Notes: generated by a model not told the origin, from the letters alone. Shown: positions 11,887 through 25,380, counted from the first letter of the stretch. The stretch is 64,000 bases of DNA from Octopus sinensis (GCF_006345805.1 NC_042999.1:93000001-93064000), one strand, 5' to 3'. Program-made: numbers and translations.

Positions 11887-12283
11887 TCTTTATATATAAA
11901 AGAGAAGCTGTGTGTCTGTTTCCTACGATTTCGATTCCTAACTACTCCCACATTTTGCGGTGCAGTTTAACCAAAAGCGGGTATCTTATAGTCGTGATTC
12001 ATATCGAGCCCTTCTGGGTATTAGCGCGCGTCTACGATGAGTCTACGATTTAAAAAAAATTACCATCATTTTTTTTTCCATTTTTAATGCATTTTTTCGC
12101 TATTATATAAGGGAAGTAACTCTCTAAAAATGTCTACGATGAGTCAACGATTTAAAAAAAATTTACCATAATTTCTTTTCCATTTTTAATGCATTTTTTT
12201 GCTATTTTTGGTTATAACTCTCTAAAAATGCTTATATAGTTATTTCCCTTACAAACCCGAGCAACGCCGGGCGATACTGCTAG
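11887..12283 (+). mobile_element. Non-autonomous Helitron
   Basis: 5' TC (TCTTTATATATAAAAG), subterminal hairpin CCCGAGCAACGCCGGG, 3' CTAG, inserted between A and T. Homologue at 20563-21074. Internal duplication of about 100 bp. Confidence 0.85.
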
Positions 12284-13189
12284 TTTCTTATAAACGCTAA
12301 GTTCGACGTTTTACGTTTAAATTTTTAGTTAACAAAAATCCTTCGACAAGATAAGTTATAATTTTACTTTTGTGGTCCGAAAAACGGGATGTGGTGTGGT
12401 GGAGGCCTCGGAAATTTCGCCGCCATACTCATTCATGTTTTCGCCATCTATTTTTCAATGTACATAGAAAAATACGGAGATTAGGAATATGGAAAACATT
12501 TGTTTTTAATCTCAAATTTACCATGAAAAACTCCAGGCAAACTTTTAGATAACAATCGCACGATTTTCACAAATAAAAAAAGGCGGACTTTTTGCATGGA
12601 ATCAACTATTCTGACCTCCTAATATGCTACAAAACCATTTTTTGTGGTCCGAGAAACCGGGTGGGGTTAGGTGGAGCCTCGGAAATTTTACCCATTTATA
12701 TTGTGTAATTCACTGACAAATTGTTACCTACCTCTTTGCTTCTAAGTTGTTAAATAAATGGATTCTCAACAAAAAGCATTTTTCCTCGGCGTAAAATAAA
12801 AACGAAACTTTTCGCACCCAAAGTAATGTGTGTGTGTGAGAAGGGGGGGGAAGAAAGATGAACGATTTAAAATAAAAAAAATATTTAAAATAAATATATT
12901 TTAATTGTGTGAGAAAGTATATATAATCTGATTATAAAATATAGTGTCTTTCAAATTATCCTAAATTTGAATACTATATCTCGTGTTTAAGAAAAAAAAC
13001 ATCTTACATTTTTATTTTTGGTGAACGCTGTCAATAATTTTCTCTCTCTATCACACACACACATACATCAACACACCACTTCTCTCTCCCTCACACAACT
13101 TCTCTCTCTCCCTCACACACACACACAGACACACACACACACATACACACACACACATACACACACATCCTGCCTTTTATATATACAGA
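12280..13189 (-). mobile_element. Second non-autonomous Helitron-like element (different family)
   Basis: Minus strand starts A|TCTGTATATATAAAAGGCAGG. It ends with hairpin AAACG...CGTTT then AAACTAG. Internal repeat TTTTGTGGTCCGA...CCTCGGAAATTT occurs twice. Confidence 0.55.
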
Positions 13190-13193
13190 TGTC

Positions 13194-13374
13194 ATAAAAT
13201 GAGTGCAGGAGAATTACGTCAAAAATCATCACAGAAGTTATAAGTCCAAAATAATATTGTATTAATAGATAGATGTATAAATATATAAAGTATGAGTATT
13301 TAAAAGTTTTAAACCTTTTAAATAATGATACTCCAGCGATGACTTTTGACGTAATTTTCCTGCACTTATTTTAT
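13194..13374. mobile_element. MITE-like fold-back
   Basis: Imperfect terminal inverted repeats of about 45 bp, ATAAAATGAGTGCAGGAGAATTACGTCAAAA / TTTTGACGTAATTTTCCTGCACTTATTTTAT, around an AT-rich core. Confidence 0.7.
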
Positions 13375-13619
13375 AATATAATATTTAATCGCTGTTGTTA
13401 AATGTCTAAAATCTTTAATGTTTCAGACATTTCCCTACGAAGAGCACTTATTAAAAAAGCTCAGTATATTGTATTATCATTGAAAATATTTGACTAACGA
13501 TATATATATATATATAGTTTCACACACAGCGTTGAAGAATCTTTTTCAACATGTGCTACAAATGTTACCTTGGACAAATAGATAAATAATGCTAGAAGAC
13601 TGATTGACAAGACTGATTA

Positions 13620-13831
13620 TATTCTTTTCTACTCTAGGCGCAAAGCGTAGAATTTTTGGATAGGGGGCCAGTCGATTAGATCGACCCCAGTACGCAACTA
13701 GTACTTAATTTATCGACCACGAAAGATGAAAGGCAAAGTCGACCTCTGTGGAATTTGAAATCAGAACGTAAAGACAACACAAAATACCGCTTAGCCCGGC
13801 GTGCTAACGTTTCATCCAGCTCACCGCCTTA
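13620..13831 (-). mobile_element. SINE (family B)
   Basis: Reverse complement of the AAGGCGGTGAGCTGG...GTCGACTTTGCCTTTCATC...GGGGTCGATCTAATCGACTGGCCCC consensus. Confidence 0.8.
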
Positions 13832-14019
13832 CAAGGCTGATTATATTGAACTAAGATGAAACAATTGCAAGTCAATGTAGGAAAATATATTACCCATCGA
13901 TTCTTTATTTCTCAACATAAAAACGCTATGGATATTTGTGAGCCTTCACAACAAATAATTTACAGGTTTATACGTTTTGTTTCACAGCATATACCTGTGG
14001 ATGAACTCAATACCATAAA

Positions 14020-14320
14020 AGACTAGGGTTACACTGACACTCTGTAGAGTACGACAACGGGGGTGGTCAGTTGATCCGATCAACAGAAAAGCCTGCTCGT
14101 GAAATTAACTTGCATGTGTTTGAGCAATCCACAGACGTGTACCTTTAACGTAGTTGTGAAAGAGATTCAGCGTGACACAGACTGTGACAAGGCCGCCCCT
14201 TTGAAATAAAGGCACTACTCATTTCTTGCTCAAGGACACAACGTGTTTACCGGAAATTGATTTCACAACCTTACGATCGTCATCCGAATGTCCTAATCAC
14301 TAAGCCACACGCCTTCACGC
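14020..14320 (-). mobile_element. tRNA-derived SINE related to family A, different tail
   Basis: Minus strand GGCGTGTGGCTTAGTGATTAGG...GTGTCCTTGAGCAAG. Related fragment near 46040-46230. Confidence 0.7.
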
Positions 14321-14430
14321 AAGTGTTATATTCTCCGATAAATTTATTATACATACATATATACAAATATACTTGCATGCGTAGATACATACATACACAC
14401 ATATCTCTGTACATATATGTATAATATAAT

Positions 14431-14500
<70 letters not shown>

Positions 14501-14514
14501 ATATATATATATGA

Positions 14515-15195
14515 GACCATGCTTGATATCACTGGGAAACTGGTAGATTGTTGACGACTTTTTAAAGAAAAGGTGTCAGGGTGTTGCATCTAATGGTGCT
14601 CTCTCTGGGGAGACATCAATCTGCAGCAGATTTCCTCAGAGAACTGTACTGGGACCGCTACTGTTTCTAGTGCCCTCATTCGTACAGTCAGTCACCCTCA
14701 CCAGTCAGGCGGTCAAGGAGCCTGATGACAGTAAAGCAGTAAAATGGCCTGTATGCAATATACCAATGGGCTGATAAAAATAACATGCAGTTCAATGCTG
14801 ATAAGTTTCAAGCATTCAACGGGAATACATAGGAACAGGGGTTAGTACAATCCCAGAGTTAGAATCGGTGCATGACTTGGGAATCCACATGAGTAGTGAT
14901 GCAACATTCTATGCACATGCTGCCAGGATGGCAACATTGTGTTGGCGAGTAGCTGGATGGGTCCTTAAATCATTGAGAACGAGGAATAAGAATACCTTAC
15001 TACTCCTATGGAGAATATTTGTCCTCGGTCATCTGGATTAGTACTCCCAGTTGTGGTCACCGCTGAGCGTCAAATTGGTGGCGGAATTTATTACAATCCA
15101 GCGCCGCAACACAAAGAAGTTTGACTTGGTGAAACAGATGAAGTACTGCGAGAAGCTACAACAACTGAACCTCTACACCCTGGAGAGAAGGTGGG
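14515..15195 (+). mobile_element. Decayed CR1-like LINE reverse transcriptase fragment
   Basis: Translates to ...FPQRTVLGPLLFLV..., WADKNNMQFNADKF, LDxYSQLWSP and KLQQLNLYTLERR. Confidence 0.8.
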
Positions 15196-15209
15196 CAAAA
15201 GAACAAAAA

Positions 15210-15715
15210 AAAAAACAGTCTAGATTTGTCAACAGATCCACTCCTATTTTATTGCAAGACAACGCCAGACTACATATCACAGAAATAACATTGGCAAAAC
15301 TAAAAGATTTGGAGTTGGAAGTTCTCCATTAACTACCATACCCACCTGATCTTGCCTCCACTGACTACCACTTCTTCCAGAATCTGGATACCTTTTTGAT
15401 AAGAAAAAAAAAATAAATTCCATTCTTTTGTAGTCCTGGGCTGGACAAGTTACCGCTAAAATGGCAAAAATGTATTGACAATATGGGTATTCTCTTCTAC
15501 AAATTTCATATTGACGACCCAATATTGTGATATAGCTCCTAAAGAGTTAAATTTCCAAAGTGAAGACTTAATTTTTATGTTGTCTTTTTTCAAATATAGT
15601 CTATCTATAATTAAGTTTAAAATTTCTGATTGTGATTTTAGGTAGGTTTCGTTGCTGTTTACATCAGATCGGGCGTCCCCGTCGAGGCTTCTCATTGGCT
15701 TCTTCAGTATGAAAT
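15210..15715. mobile_element. Mariner transposase fragments
   Basis: + strand LLQDNARLH...LPYPPDLASTDYHFFQNLD. Short minus-strand NEKPRRGRP HTH-linker fragment near 15650-15710. Confidence 0.75.
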
Positions 15716-16563
15716 AGTGAATATATTACAGAGAAAGATATTGCAACACACGTCTTAACATCTATAATACAAAGTTAATCAACCATGAACCTGTACCTGT
15801 GATTATATGACATCAATCAACTATCTCTATTCAGCTATGTACTACGTGAGATAAATAAGCTATTGATTGATCGACTGATTGTTTGATTGATCAATCGGTC
15901 GATCGACATTGTGAATATGGTTTTCGTTTAACAAGTGCGTGAACAATTTATGAAGTAAACTGCCGAAGGTCACATAGGTAATTTAGTTTCGATAATATAT
16001 TTATTCATACAGTCACCAGCAGTAAAATCAGTAAAATCGAATTAATAGCTGATTCAATATTGTGAAGCATTGTGAAAATAATGTTGTACTCTGCTACATT
16101 ACTTCAGATATTATTAACAGAAAGGTGAATCTGTCTAGAAGTCAAGAGGTTTGTTGACAACGAAGTATTTTACTAAAAATACGTAGGTATGTGAATGGTA
16201 AAAGCCACTCTCAACAATGTTAGTAGATATTTATATTCTCTTAATGATCATTATCCTGAAATATTATTGTAATTAGATTCATTCGGGAATTATGAACTCT
16301 CGGTTAAGGAGTATTTCTGAAGCTATTTCGACTATTGTTATTTCTTATTCTAAGAGAGAAATATATTATTCAAATCCGTTAATGTTACATAAACAATGAC
16401 ACACTACATTTTAGTGAAATACTTATTAACTTCTAAAGCAATGATAACGTGATGATTTAAGTTGCAATTAGGAATTCACTGTAAATTGGCAAGGAAGCCG
16501 TATTTTAATTAAAAACACAATACATTTTAATACTGATTTAGATGTGTAGTGCTGAAACAAATA

Positions 16564-16621
<58 letters not shown>

Positions 16622-17009
16622 GCTACTACTACTATCGCTGTTGCTGCCTGTGCTGCTGCTGCTACTACTACTACTACAAAAATAATTTGTCAGCTATAAC
16701 TGTGCCTTTTTATAATTGTATTAATAACTGTTTCTAATTGAAGCACAGGACCGAATGGATGAGAAGCTAAGTTGAACTCGGTGGGACATGAATCAAGAAA
16801 AAAAGAGTCGAAATAAATGCAGCGGTTACTGACAGTTCAATGATTATGCCAGTCTTCTGAATTTTATGAAGTATATCACCACATGTCATGGTTTGTGAAC
16901 TGAGACATAATATTTGACTTCATTGATACATATCTTCTGAATGGAGGGGGTTGGGTCAAAGTCAATCTTAGTAGTAAAGTAAAAAGAAATTAATATTTCC
17001 AAGCCTTCT

Positions 17010-17445
17010 AAGGCGGTGAAGTTCGCAGTATTGTTAGCACGCCGGACAAGTGATTAGCGTCATTTCGTCTGTCTTTTCTTTCTGAGTTCAATTCTAATGA
17101 GGTCGACTTTGCTCCTTATCTTTTGAGGGTCAATAAAATAATTACCAGTTTAAAACGGGGCTCGATGTAATCGTCTTACCCACGTCACCGAAATTGTTAA
17201 CTTTGAGGCATTTTGAATACAATATTTCCTTGCATTCTAAGGCAGCGAGCTAGCAGAATTGTTAGCACGCTGGGCAAAATTCCTAACGGCATTTTGTCTG
17301 TCCTTACGTTCTGAGTTCAAATTCCAAAAGATGAACTTTACCGTTCGTTCTTTCGGGGTCGATAAAATGAGTAGCGACGAATCGTTGTAATCAACTTAGC
17401 CCCTCCTTCAAAATTGCTGGCTAAGTCACAAAATTTGAAACAGAC
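17010..17445 (+). mobile_element. Two tandem family-B SINEs
   Basis: AAGGCGG/AAGGCAGCGAGCT heads near 17010 and 17239, each with TTCTGAGTTCAA. Confidence 0.8.
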
Positions 17446-17501
17446 GTTTCAAAGCATTCTGTTCGGTACTCTGCCGGTCCTATCGTCAATTATTCTCAAA
17501 C

Positions 17502-17542
<41 letters not shown>

Positions 17543-17554
17543 GTAATAATAATA

Positions 17555-19108
17555 ATGTTGACACAGTCATAAGAGAGCTTGAGCAAGAACAAACATACAA
17601 ATATTTAGGGATAAATGAAGGCTCTGGTATTCAGCATGCAAGCATGAAAGAGAAGATCAGGAAGGAATGTTATAGGAGAGTTCGTGCAGTCCTAAAATCT
17701 GAACTAAATGCACGTAACAAGGTGTTAGCTATAAATTCCTTAGCAGTTCCAGTTGTTATTTATAGCTACAATGTGTTGAACTGGAATATGAGTGAAGTAA
17801 AGAATATAGATAGAAAAATACGCAAGCTGCTGAGTTGTAATAGGATGCACCACCCAAAGGCAGACGTAGATCGCCTTTACCTTCCCAGAGCCCAAGGAGG
17901 TCGAGGCCTGATCCAATTTGAACTAGCTTACAAAACAACCACAATTGGACTGGCCAAATATCTCGAAATATCGAATGACTGGATGCTAAAGCTCGTGGAA
18001 AATCACGAGAGACGAAAGAAGCTTCATTCTATTATAAAGGAAAGCAAAAAATTTGCTATTGATCTCGTGCAGGATACCCAACAGAACAACCCGAGGGAAG
18101 TACGGCAATTATTGTTGCAAAGAAGGTGAAAATAATGGCAACGAAAAAAGCGCACGAGCAATTGGCTGATAGGTGGGAGGAGAAACCTCTGCACGGCAAA
18201 TATGTGACCCGCAGCAAACAAGCTGATGTTGACCAGAAGCAAACCCATCAGTGGCTACGGAGCTCAGGGCTAAAAGCAGAGAGCGAAGGTTTCATCCTGG
18301 CTGCTCAAGATCAAAGCCTATTAACCCGGAACTACCAGGCCAATGTGATGAAAAATGGAGCAGACCCAAAATGCCGATTCTGCAACGACATGATTGAAAC
18401 AGTGGACCACCTAATCTCTGGATGTAAAGTCTTAGCTCCAGTGGAGTATAAATTAAGACATGACAGAGTTGGCCAATATCTACACTGGCTAATAAGTCGG
18501 CATTACAATATCAAAACTGCCGACAAGTGGTATAATCACCACCCTGAGGCTGTAACTGAAGGAGAAAATGTAACCATTCTGTGGGACTTTCCAGTACATA
18601 CAGACCGAACCATCAAGGCCAATAAACCAGATATTGTTGTGAAAGACCAAAGCAATAAAGGTTGCTTATTGATCGACATGAGCATCCCCTGTGATCATAA
18701 TATCTCAGCGAAAGAGTTTGACAAGCTCAGAAAATATAAAGACCTACTCATTGAAATTGAGAAAATGTGGCATCTCAAGGCGGTTACAATACCAGTGATC
18801 GTAGGAGCACTAGGAATGATCAAGAAGGGAACCGAAAATTATATGAGAATGATCCCTGGCTTACCATCCCTGCAAGAAGTGCAAAAGATTGTCTTAACTG
18901 GTACATCACACGTATTGAGAAGAGCATTGTCGATGTGAGAACTGTTGCTGCTCATGTATTTTAATTTAACTTAAAAAAAAAAAAAATGAACGAACTATTG
19001 AGTTTGGTTTAATGGCCTACAAATGTATACTATGAGTTTCTTTGCCCTAGGAGTCGGGAAGACACTCGGCAAGAAATGGAAGCAAATTTGAAAGAAGAAA
19101 AAAAAAAG
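17555..19108 (+). mobile_element. 5'-truncated Dong/R4-type RLE non-LTR retrotransposon inserted in (TAA)n
   Basis: ORFs 17644-18129 and 18126-18938 are separated by a 1-nt frameshift near 18080 relative to the second copy. Motifs CRFC..ETVDHLISGC, RHD, KPDIVV and KLRKY are present. A-rich tail, with (TAA)n on both flanks. Confidence 0.93.
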
Positions 19109-19904
19109 TAATAATAATAATAATAATAATAATTTTATGCTAACCATAGCATTACATTCCTTGGGGAATGCTTCATTTAGTTAAATCGATCCCGTTATAC
19201 TACCAATGCTTTCTTTAATGACCCGAGAACGATGAAAGCGAAAACAAATCTCGAACAAAATTGAACTGCTTTTTAATATGTAATACAAATGATTTATTAT
19301 AGTAATACAATCATAAAACTTCAGAAAGGGTATAGAACTTGGATTGATGAAGACAACAGAAGGTGAGTTCGGAACAAAAAGGACGTAATTAACGCAACAG
19401 GTTATCTTGTAATTGGAAAAAATAAAGGAAACGATATTCAACGTGAATAGAGAACTAAGGTTTTATTGCTTGGGTCGCCTATATACTTCTCTATCAGAAA
19501 CCAATTCGTTCGTGTTCCTTTTATGTGTTTGGAAGGCTTATAAAAGTTTAATGTACGTGCCAATAACTTGTTGCACTGGTTGCTAAATATACAATTTTTT
19601 GAATACAGTACACAATCACTATATTCAATCTCAAACAATTCTTCAGCTATGGTCGAATTCAATAACTTGCTATGATTCGCCTAACTATTCAAAAGTGTCT
19701 GACTGGATTTCAGTGACTTCTGCACGTTCACAGTTGCTGCACATCTGCATATACAACCGTAAGTAAATGTGATACGTTCATGAGAGCTCCAAATACCTTG
19801 TGAAATATAGCTTTCAGGCTTTGACCAGACTATTAAATGCCTTTTGCATGAGATCGCTGCCTTGAACATAATATACGTCTACATCACTTCCATGTTGAGC
19901 ATTT

Positions 19905-20100
19905 AAGATTTGGCACAAGGTCAGTAATTCCAGGAGAAGAGATAAGTTGATTACATCGACCCCAGTGCTCAATTTGTTCTCATTTTTTTCGTCCCCGAGG
20001 GATGAATGACAAATTCGACCGCCAACATGTGAACTCAGAACGGAAGGACGAACGAAATGCCGCTAAGCATTTTGCCTGGCGAGCTAACATCTCTGCGTGG
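19905..20100 (-). mobile_element. SINE (family B)
   Basis: GAACTCAGAACGGAAGGACGAACGAAATGCCGCTAAGCATTTTGCC is the reverse complement of the family-B head. Confidence 0.75.
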
Positions 20101-20562
20101 ATTGATGCATTAATTCTATTTCAAAATAGTGCCAACACATATTTTCAAGACTAATGATTGGGCTATGCATAAAATCGTAGTGAAAGAGCTTGCAGTTTGG
20201 AAATCTAGTCTACGTTGATGTTAACTGTAAGTAAATAAACTGATCTAAAATTATTGTGCTCATGTATCTACTTTTAAAACCTTCTAAGTGTTTTGTAGAT
20301 TTATTCAGTTAACCGTCATTACATGTATAGCTGGAACTGAGAGGGATACGAAAATTAGTAACGACCTGATGTGTTGACATTGAAGGACCCCGGACAAATC
20401 AATGCACTAGGTCGTATAATATCAATTAATTGTCAGCATGGCAAATCCTACAGAAATCAGAATTTGACCCCTATACATGTAGAAGCCCTGGATAACTGCC
20501 AAGTTTGCCTTATGACGGTACTGCGTTTCTGCATGAAAATGACAATTGTGTTTCAGTGGATA

Positions 20563-21074
20563 TCTATATATATAAAACTGTAGTTGTGTGAGTGTCTGTC
20601 CCCTTCGATTTAGATTCCTAACTACTCCCACATTTTGCGGTGCAGTTTAACCAAATTCGGGTAACTTATAGTCGTGATTCATATCGAGCCCGTCTGAGTA
20701 TTAGCGCGCGTCTACGATGAGTCTACGATTTTAAAAATAATTTAACATCATTTTTTATTCCATTTTAATGCATAATTTTCTTGTGTCAATGGCGGCGGAG
20801 TTGGCGTCCATGGTCACACCTGCACCTGTTTGCTTCTCCCCCTTCTTCCCTCCCCCGTGAAGCTGTGGGGAAGGGAGTGTAAGGAAATCAACGTCGTAAA
20901 GCGTTGTCAAGGAGACCAGCGTTCTTTTAGAACAACGACTTCATGGCTTGAAGACACCAAAACAGAAATAGCTAAGAAAGCCCGAATTGGCATCTATAAG
21001 GGAAGTAACTCTCTAAAAATGCTTATATAGTTATTTCCCTTACAAAACCGAGCAACGCCGGGCGATACTGCTAG
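20563..21074 (+). mobile_element. Non-autonomous Helitron (same family as 11887-12283)
   Basis: A|TCTATATATATAAAA start, CCGAGCAACGCCGGGCGATACTGCTAG|T end, shared internal blocks. Confidence 0.87.
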
Positions 21075-22685
21075 TAAGGATATAATTTCTGTATGAAACG
21101 ATACTTTTATATACATACAGAAACTAATAATTTTTTCACGATTTGATAAAGTCTTAAAAACAACCAACTTAGAGTTTGTTTGAAGAATCTCCATGATTAC
21201 CCCAGCCCAGTTTAATTTATGATTCCATAAAATTCATTTCACTTTTATACAACCGGGAATCTGTATGTATACTGTAACTTACCTAACTTTACCCAAGGAG
21301 GTTTTGATGTTTTGCAGGATGCCTTTGGTTAAGATGTCAAAATTACATCAAAGAGCAGTTTCATCTCGATCCAGTATTTGCATTTCTTCTTATTAGCATA
21401 GTTCCTACTATCATTTTTAGGAAGGCCATAAAAATTCAACTCATCTGGTGCTGCCATGTGTCTCACCTTCACAAAGAAATTCTGCACCACTATGTGGCAT
21501 AAATTTCAATAATATATCTGCTTGACCATAAGGCGTTGTCGATGTCCTTTCTAACACTTAATTTGCCATATAGTAGCCACTATTTCTGATCTAAAATTTC
21601 ATTGAGAATTCATCAGAGAACTCAGTCTTCCCGTCGGCGTAGAGGCTTATAAAGCATAGAATAGTTGTTGCAGACTGATGCTGAAGACAAGAGGGGTTGG
21701 CGATCAACCAGCACCAGGCTATGACTAGTAAGTAGTAATTCCGAATGTAGTTGCTGCTGTCAGAACCATCGCATTTGCATGAGTCTCGTCAGTCACGCTA
21801 AAATTTCTGGTTAATAAGAAAACAATAAAAACTTTTCAGGTAGAGATTTAACTCCTGGGGCCAGTTGATCGCATAATCAACTCGACACATGAATAACCAT
21901 CATAGATCTCTCCTGAAAGACACTACCTTCCCTTCTTCAATTTACTCATCTATATGCTGCCCGTACGGTTCCTTTATTTTTCTATCGTCAATATAAACAT
22001 TTCTATTATTGACCTTGTGTTTGTTTTGTTGTCGGTACCACAGTTGCTGCAGTAAAAAAATTTGATAAAGTTATTCTCAGTCATTTATACTTATTTTTAA
22101 CGTGTGAACTTATGACACACACTTAAAAAGAAACATTAGAGAACATTGGTATAAAGATCGACCCTTTTCTCTTATCGTCTGTACATCTTTCAAACTCGAT
22201 GTAAAACTCAAAACCGATTACATAGACAATGATGCCCGAGGGAACAAAGCACAAGATTTTTAAGAATTAATTTTCTTTAACAGAAGACAAAAATCCTAAA
22301 AGAAACAAGAAAATTTTAGGAAAGATCAATAAATAAGAATAAACATGAGATTTGTGCTAAATAAACATATTTTGTAGATGAAATGCAAATTCGTCTATCA
22401 CTTTCCCGCTTTAAAATGAAGAAATACAAAAATAATATAAAATAAAGTTTTAAAAAAAATATAAGAAATATCTGCTATTCTTGTTTTAGGTTAGATTTAA
22501 CGATGAAAAATGGATTACATTTTCAGAAACTACCCAATGAAAATGATTTCGAAATTATTCTGGAAAGATTCAAGAAACACTGGTAAAAAAATTCAAAAAT
22601 ATCGTGAAGATTCATGAATAATATAAAAGCAAATGTCAGCTGTTAATGCTACATACCTGTGTACGCTCACACACATGTATATATG

Positions 22686-23290
22686 TACACATACATACGC
22701 AAGAATTGGACGGCTTACGAACGCCACACCAAAAAGCTAAACTGCTTCCACAACAACTGCTTGAGAAAGCTATTGAAAATCACCTGGCAAGACAAGATCC
22801 TAGACACGGTGGTCCTCTCTCGAGTTGACTTGCCAAATATTTGCACACTGCCAAATATTTGCACACAAGTCAGGTGGGCAAGCCTCCTTGTTTGAATACC
22901 GACATCTGACTCTCCAAGAAACTGTTTTACAGCGAACTGGCAGTAAGCAAGCGCAAGCAAGTTGGACTGAAAATTTGCTTCAAGAATACACTAAAAACTC
23001 ACTGAAGAAATTTGAGATTAACTCTGAAATCTGGGAATCGCAAGCACAAACCTGCCTGGCAAAAGTGAATTAACAGCGGTGCTAAATCCTACGAACAGAA
23101 GAGCATTGGAGGAGCACAAGGAAACCGCGAAGTGCTTGCCTTCAGTCTCAGCAGATCACTAGTGCCCGACCTGCAGTCGAGCCTACCGATAAAACATCGG
23201 ACTAATCGGCCCCAGCTGGACACACCGTGACCAGTCTTATTCTCTTATATGATGTCCTTGGTCATAGTCGACAACGAGAGACGAACTGAC
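22686..23290 (+). mobile_element. 3' end of an RTE-clade LINE, decayed
   Basis: WTAYERHTKKLNCFHNNCLRKLLKITWQDKI...QVRWA, a C-terminal CPTC motif and a (ACTG)n-like tail. Confidence 0.85.
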
Positions 23291-23600
23291 TGACTGACTA
23301 AGTTACTAAATGAATAAATAACTAATTAGCTGATTAAGTAAACAAGTTACTAACTTAGTAACTAGCTGATTAACTTATTAACTGCCTGCCTACCTATTTC
23401 CCTACCTACCTGCCTGCCTACCTACCGACATGCCTACCTACCTACATGTTTACCTACCTATATATCTACATACATGCCTACCTACCTATGTGCCTACCTA
23501 CCTACATAATACCTCCCTGCCTGCCTACCTACCTACCTACCTCCATACCTACCTACCTACCTACCTACCTAACTAGCTAACTAATTAACTAACTAGCACT
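23290..23600. repeat. Compound (TAAC)n/(CCTA)n simple repeat
   Basis: Direct reading. Confidence 0.9.
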
Positions 23601-24789
23601 ATAAATATTTATAAATAGAAATACTCATGCATTCAGATACTCACACAATGTCACTCACACACATGTACACACGCATATAGACCCACACACACACACACAT
23701 ATATAAACATGTAGGTTCGTGTGTGTCAATCACTAGATTACTAGAATCGACGAATTGTATCATATATGGGACTCAGTGAAGAGTTTTTGATCGCTACCAG
23801 TCTTAAATTGCCATCAGTGTTATGTGAAAGATAGGCTAAGGAATAAAATATATAATACATCTAAAATAGAGTAGCTTACGCGTTTTTCACATTTCTTTAG
23901 AGCACCCCAGTGAGACTGAGTCAGAAGTTGCGTCGAGTTAGGAGTAGATTCTAGAATCTCCAAACTTCTTGACTCAGCTTGCTTCCTGGAAATGTCACTT
24001 GAGATCATAGACCACTGGTGAAATACTCCATTCCTTTCTGGCAGTGATACGCACGCATACACGCAAGCACGTGCGCGCTCACACACATATACACACATGT
24101 ATGTATGTATTCACTTAAAAATTATTCATTTCATCCATAATTGTATGTAATCAGACATAAAGTGGGAATAGTCATATATTTGTAACGCCAGAATGTATTT
24201 TAACAAGGAATTTCAGGAAATGACAGCTACAAAAAAAAAAAAAAAAAAATAAAATAACAAGGTACCGATATACGCAGCAATGCATGTATTGGAAGCTAGA
24301 ACAAACAATAAATGAACTCAGTCCATTATAAGTACCATCTCCACGAATTTCATAAAACTCAGTGTCTCAGTAATGCCGTGTCTTACCTTCTAGATTATCT
24401 CTTAGAAATCGAACATCGAGTGTTCGCCATGAAGCATTTTTTCCACAAAAGACAAAAATTAAAATTAGAAAATTGCAGTCTCTAAAACAACAAAATGACA
24501 GAGGCATTGTGTTTCTGTTGAAAGATTATATTTTGAAAAATGAAGTGCAATTTGTTTATCAGGGAAATATTGAAAAATACAAACTTTGAGAAAATTTCCT
24601 CTGAATGTTATCTGCTCATTAGGTACTATGCAGTATTTTTTATATTTCGTAGAATGAAATACAAAATGAAAAGGAATCTACCACGTTAACTCACCGTAAT
24701 TGAGAGATGAAAAGAATATTGATTGGAATTGAAGAATAAAACGACAAATTAAAGCATAAGTAGGTAGTCTTACTGAATTATGCATTGTA

Positions 24790-25380
24790 TTGAGTTGTCA
24801 GTTTCATTTGTTTTTATCCCCAATTCTCTTGAAGAATTATAACAAATATCTGAATAATATATTCACCTTTGTTGTTCATGATTTCTTGCCAACATTCCAC
24901 TAGCTTGTCAATGCCTCGGAGGCAGAAATGACCAGGTCCTAACTACGAGAATTCATCGATCTACGTTCTCAGCCCCAAATCGTTGTTGAGTGAAATACTT
25001 CGCAGACTTTGGGTGAGAGCACGAGAAATTTGATAATATGAAAACCTGATATGAAGAGTGCGATAAGTGTGGTAGAACCTACCGACCCGTTTGAAATCTT
25101 TAATAGCATTTTTGGTTAAATTAGTGACGTGAGGGTGAACTTTGTTTAGTTGAAAAAATATTCTTGTCAACGGTCGATCGCGCCAGATGGATTGCATCAT
25201 TGAACTGGTGCATTTGCTGAGGCTTAGGCCCTACATCTACAGTATGGTTCGTTTCCAGTATTTCGTGGTGGATTATGTCTTCCTAATCACACAAAACACA
25301 TAGCATTGCCTTGCGTGGATTTACTTCCAACTTCGCTCCTGATGATGCCTGCTTGTGGGACATCAGACATTTATTCATCT
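24790..25380 (-). mobile_element. Decayed mariner transposase C-terminus
   Basis: Minus strand reads HPHVTNLTKNAIKD...LRSISLNND...RGIDKLVECWQEIMNNKGEYII. Confidence 0.75.

Noticed and set aside
21584-21620. Minus-strand TTCT-CTGATGA-ATTCTCAAT-GAAA-TTTTAG-ATC-AGAA minimal hammerhead
   Set aside because: The topology fits, but the stems are 3-4 bp and almost all A-U/G-U, and there is no repeat context. It is plausibly chance in AT-rich DNA and is not counted.
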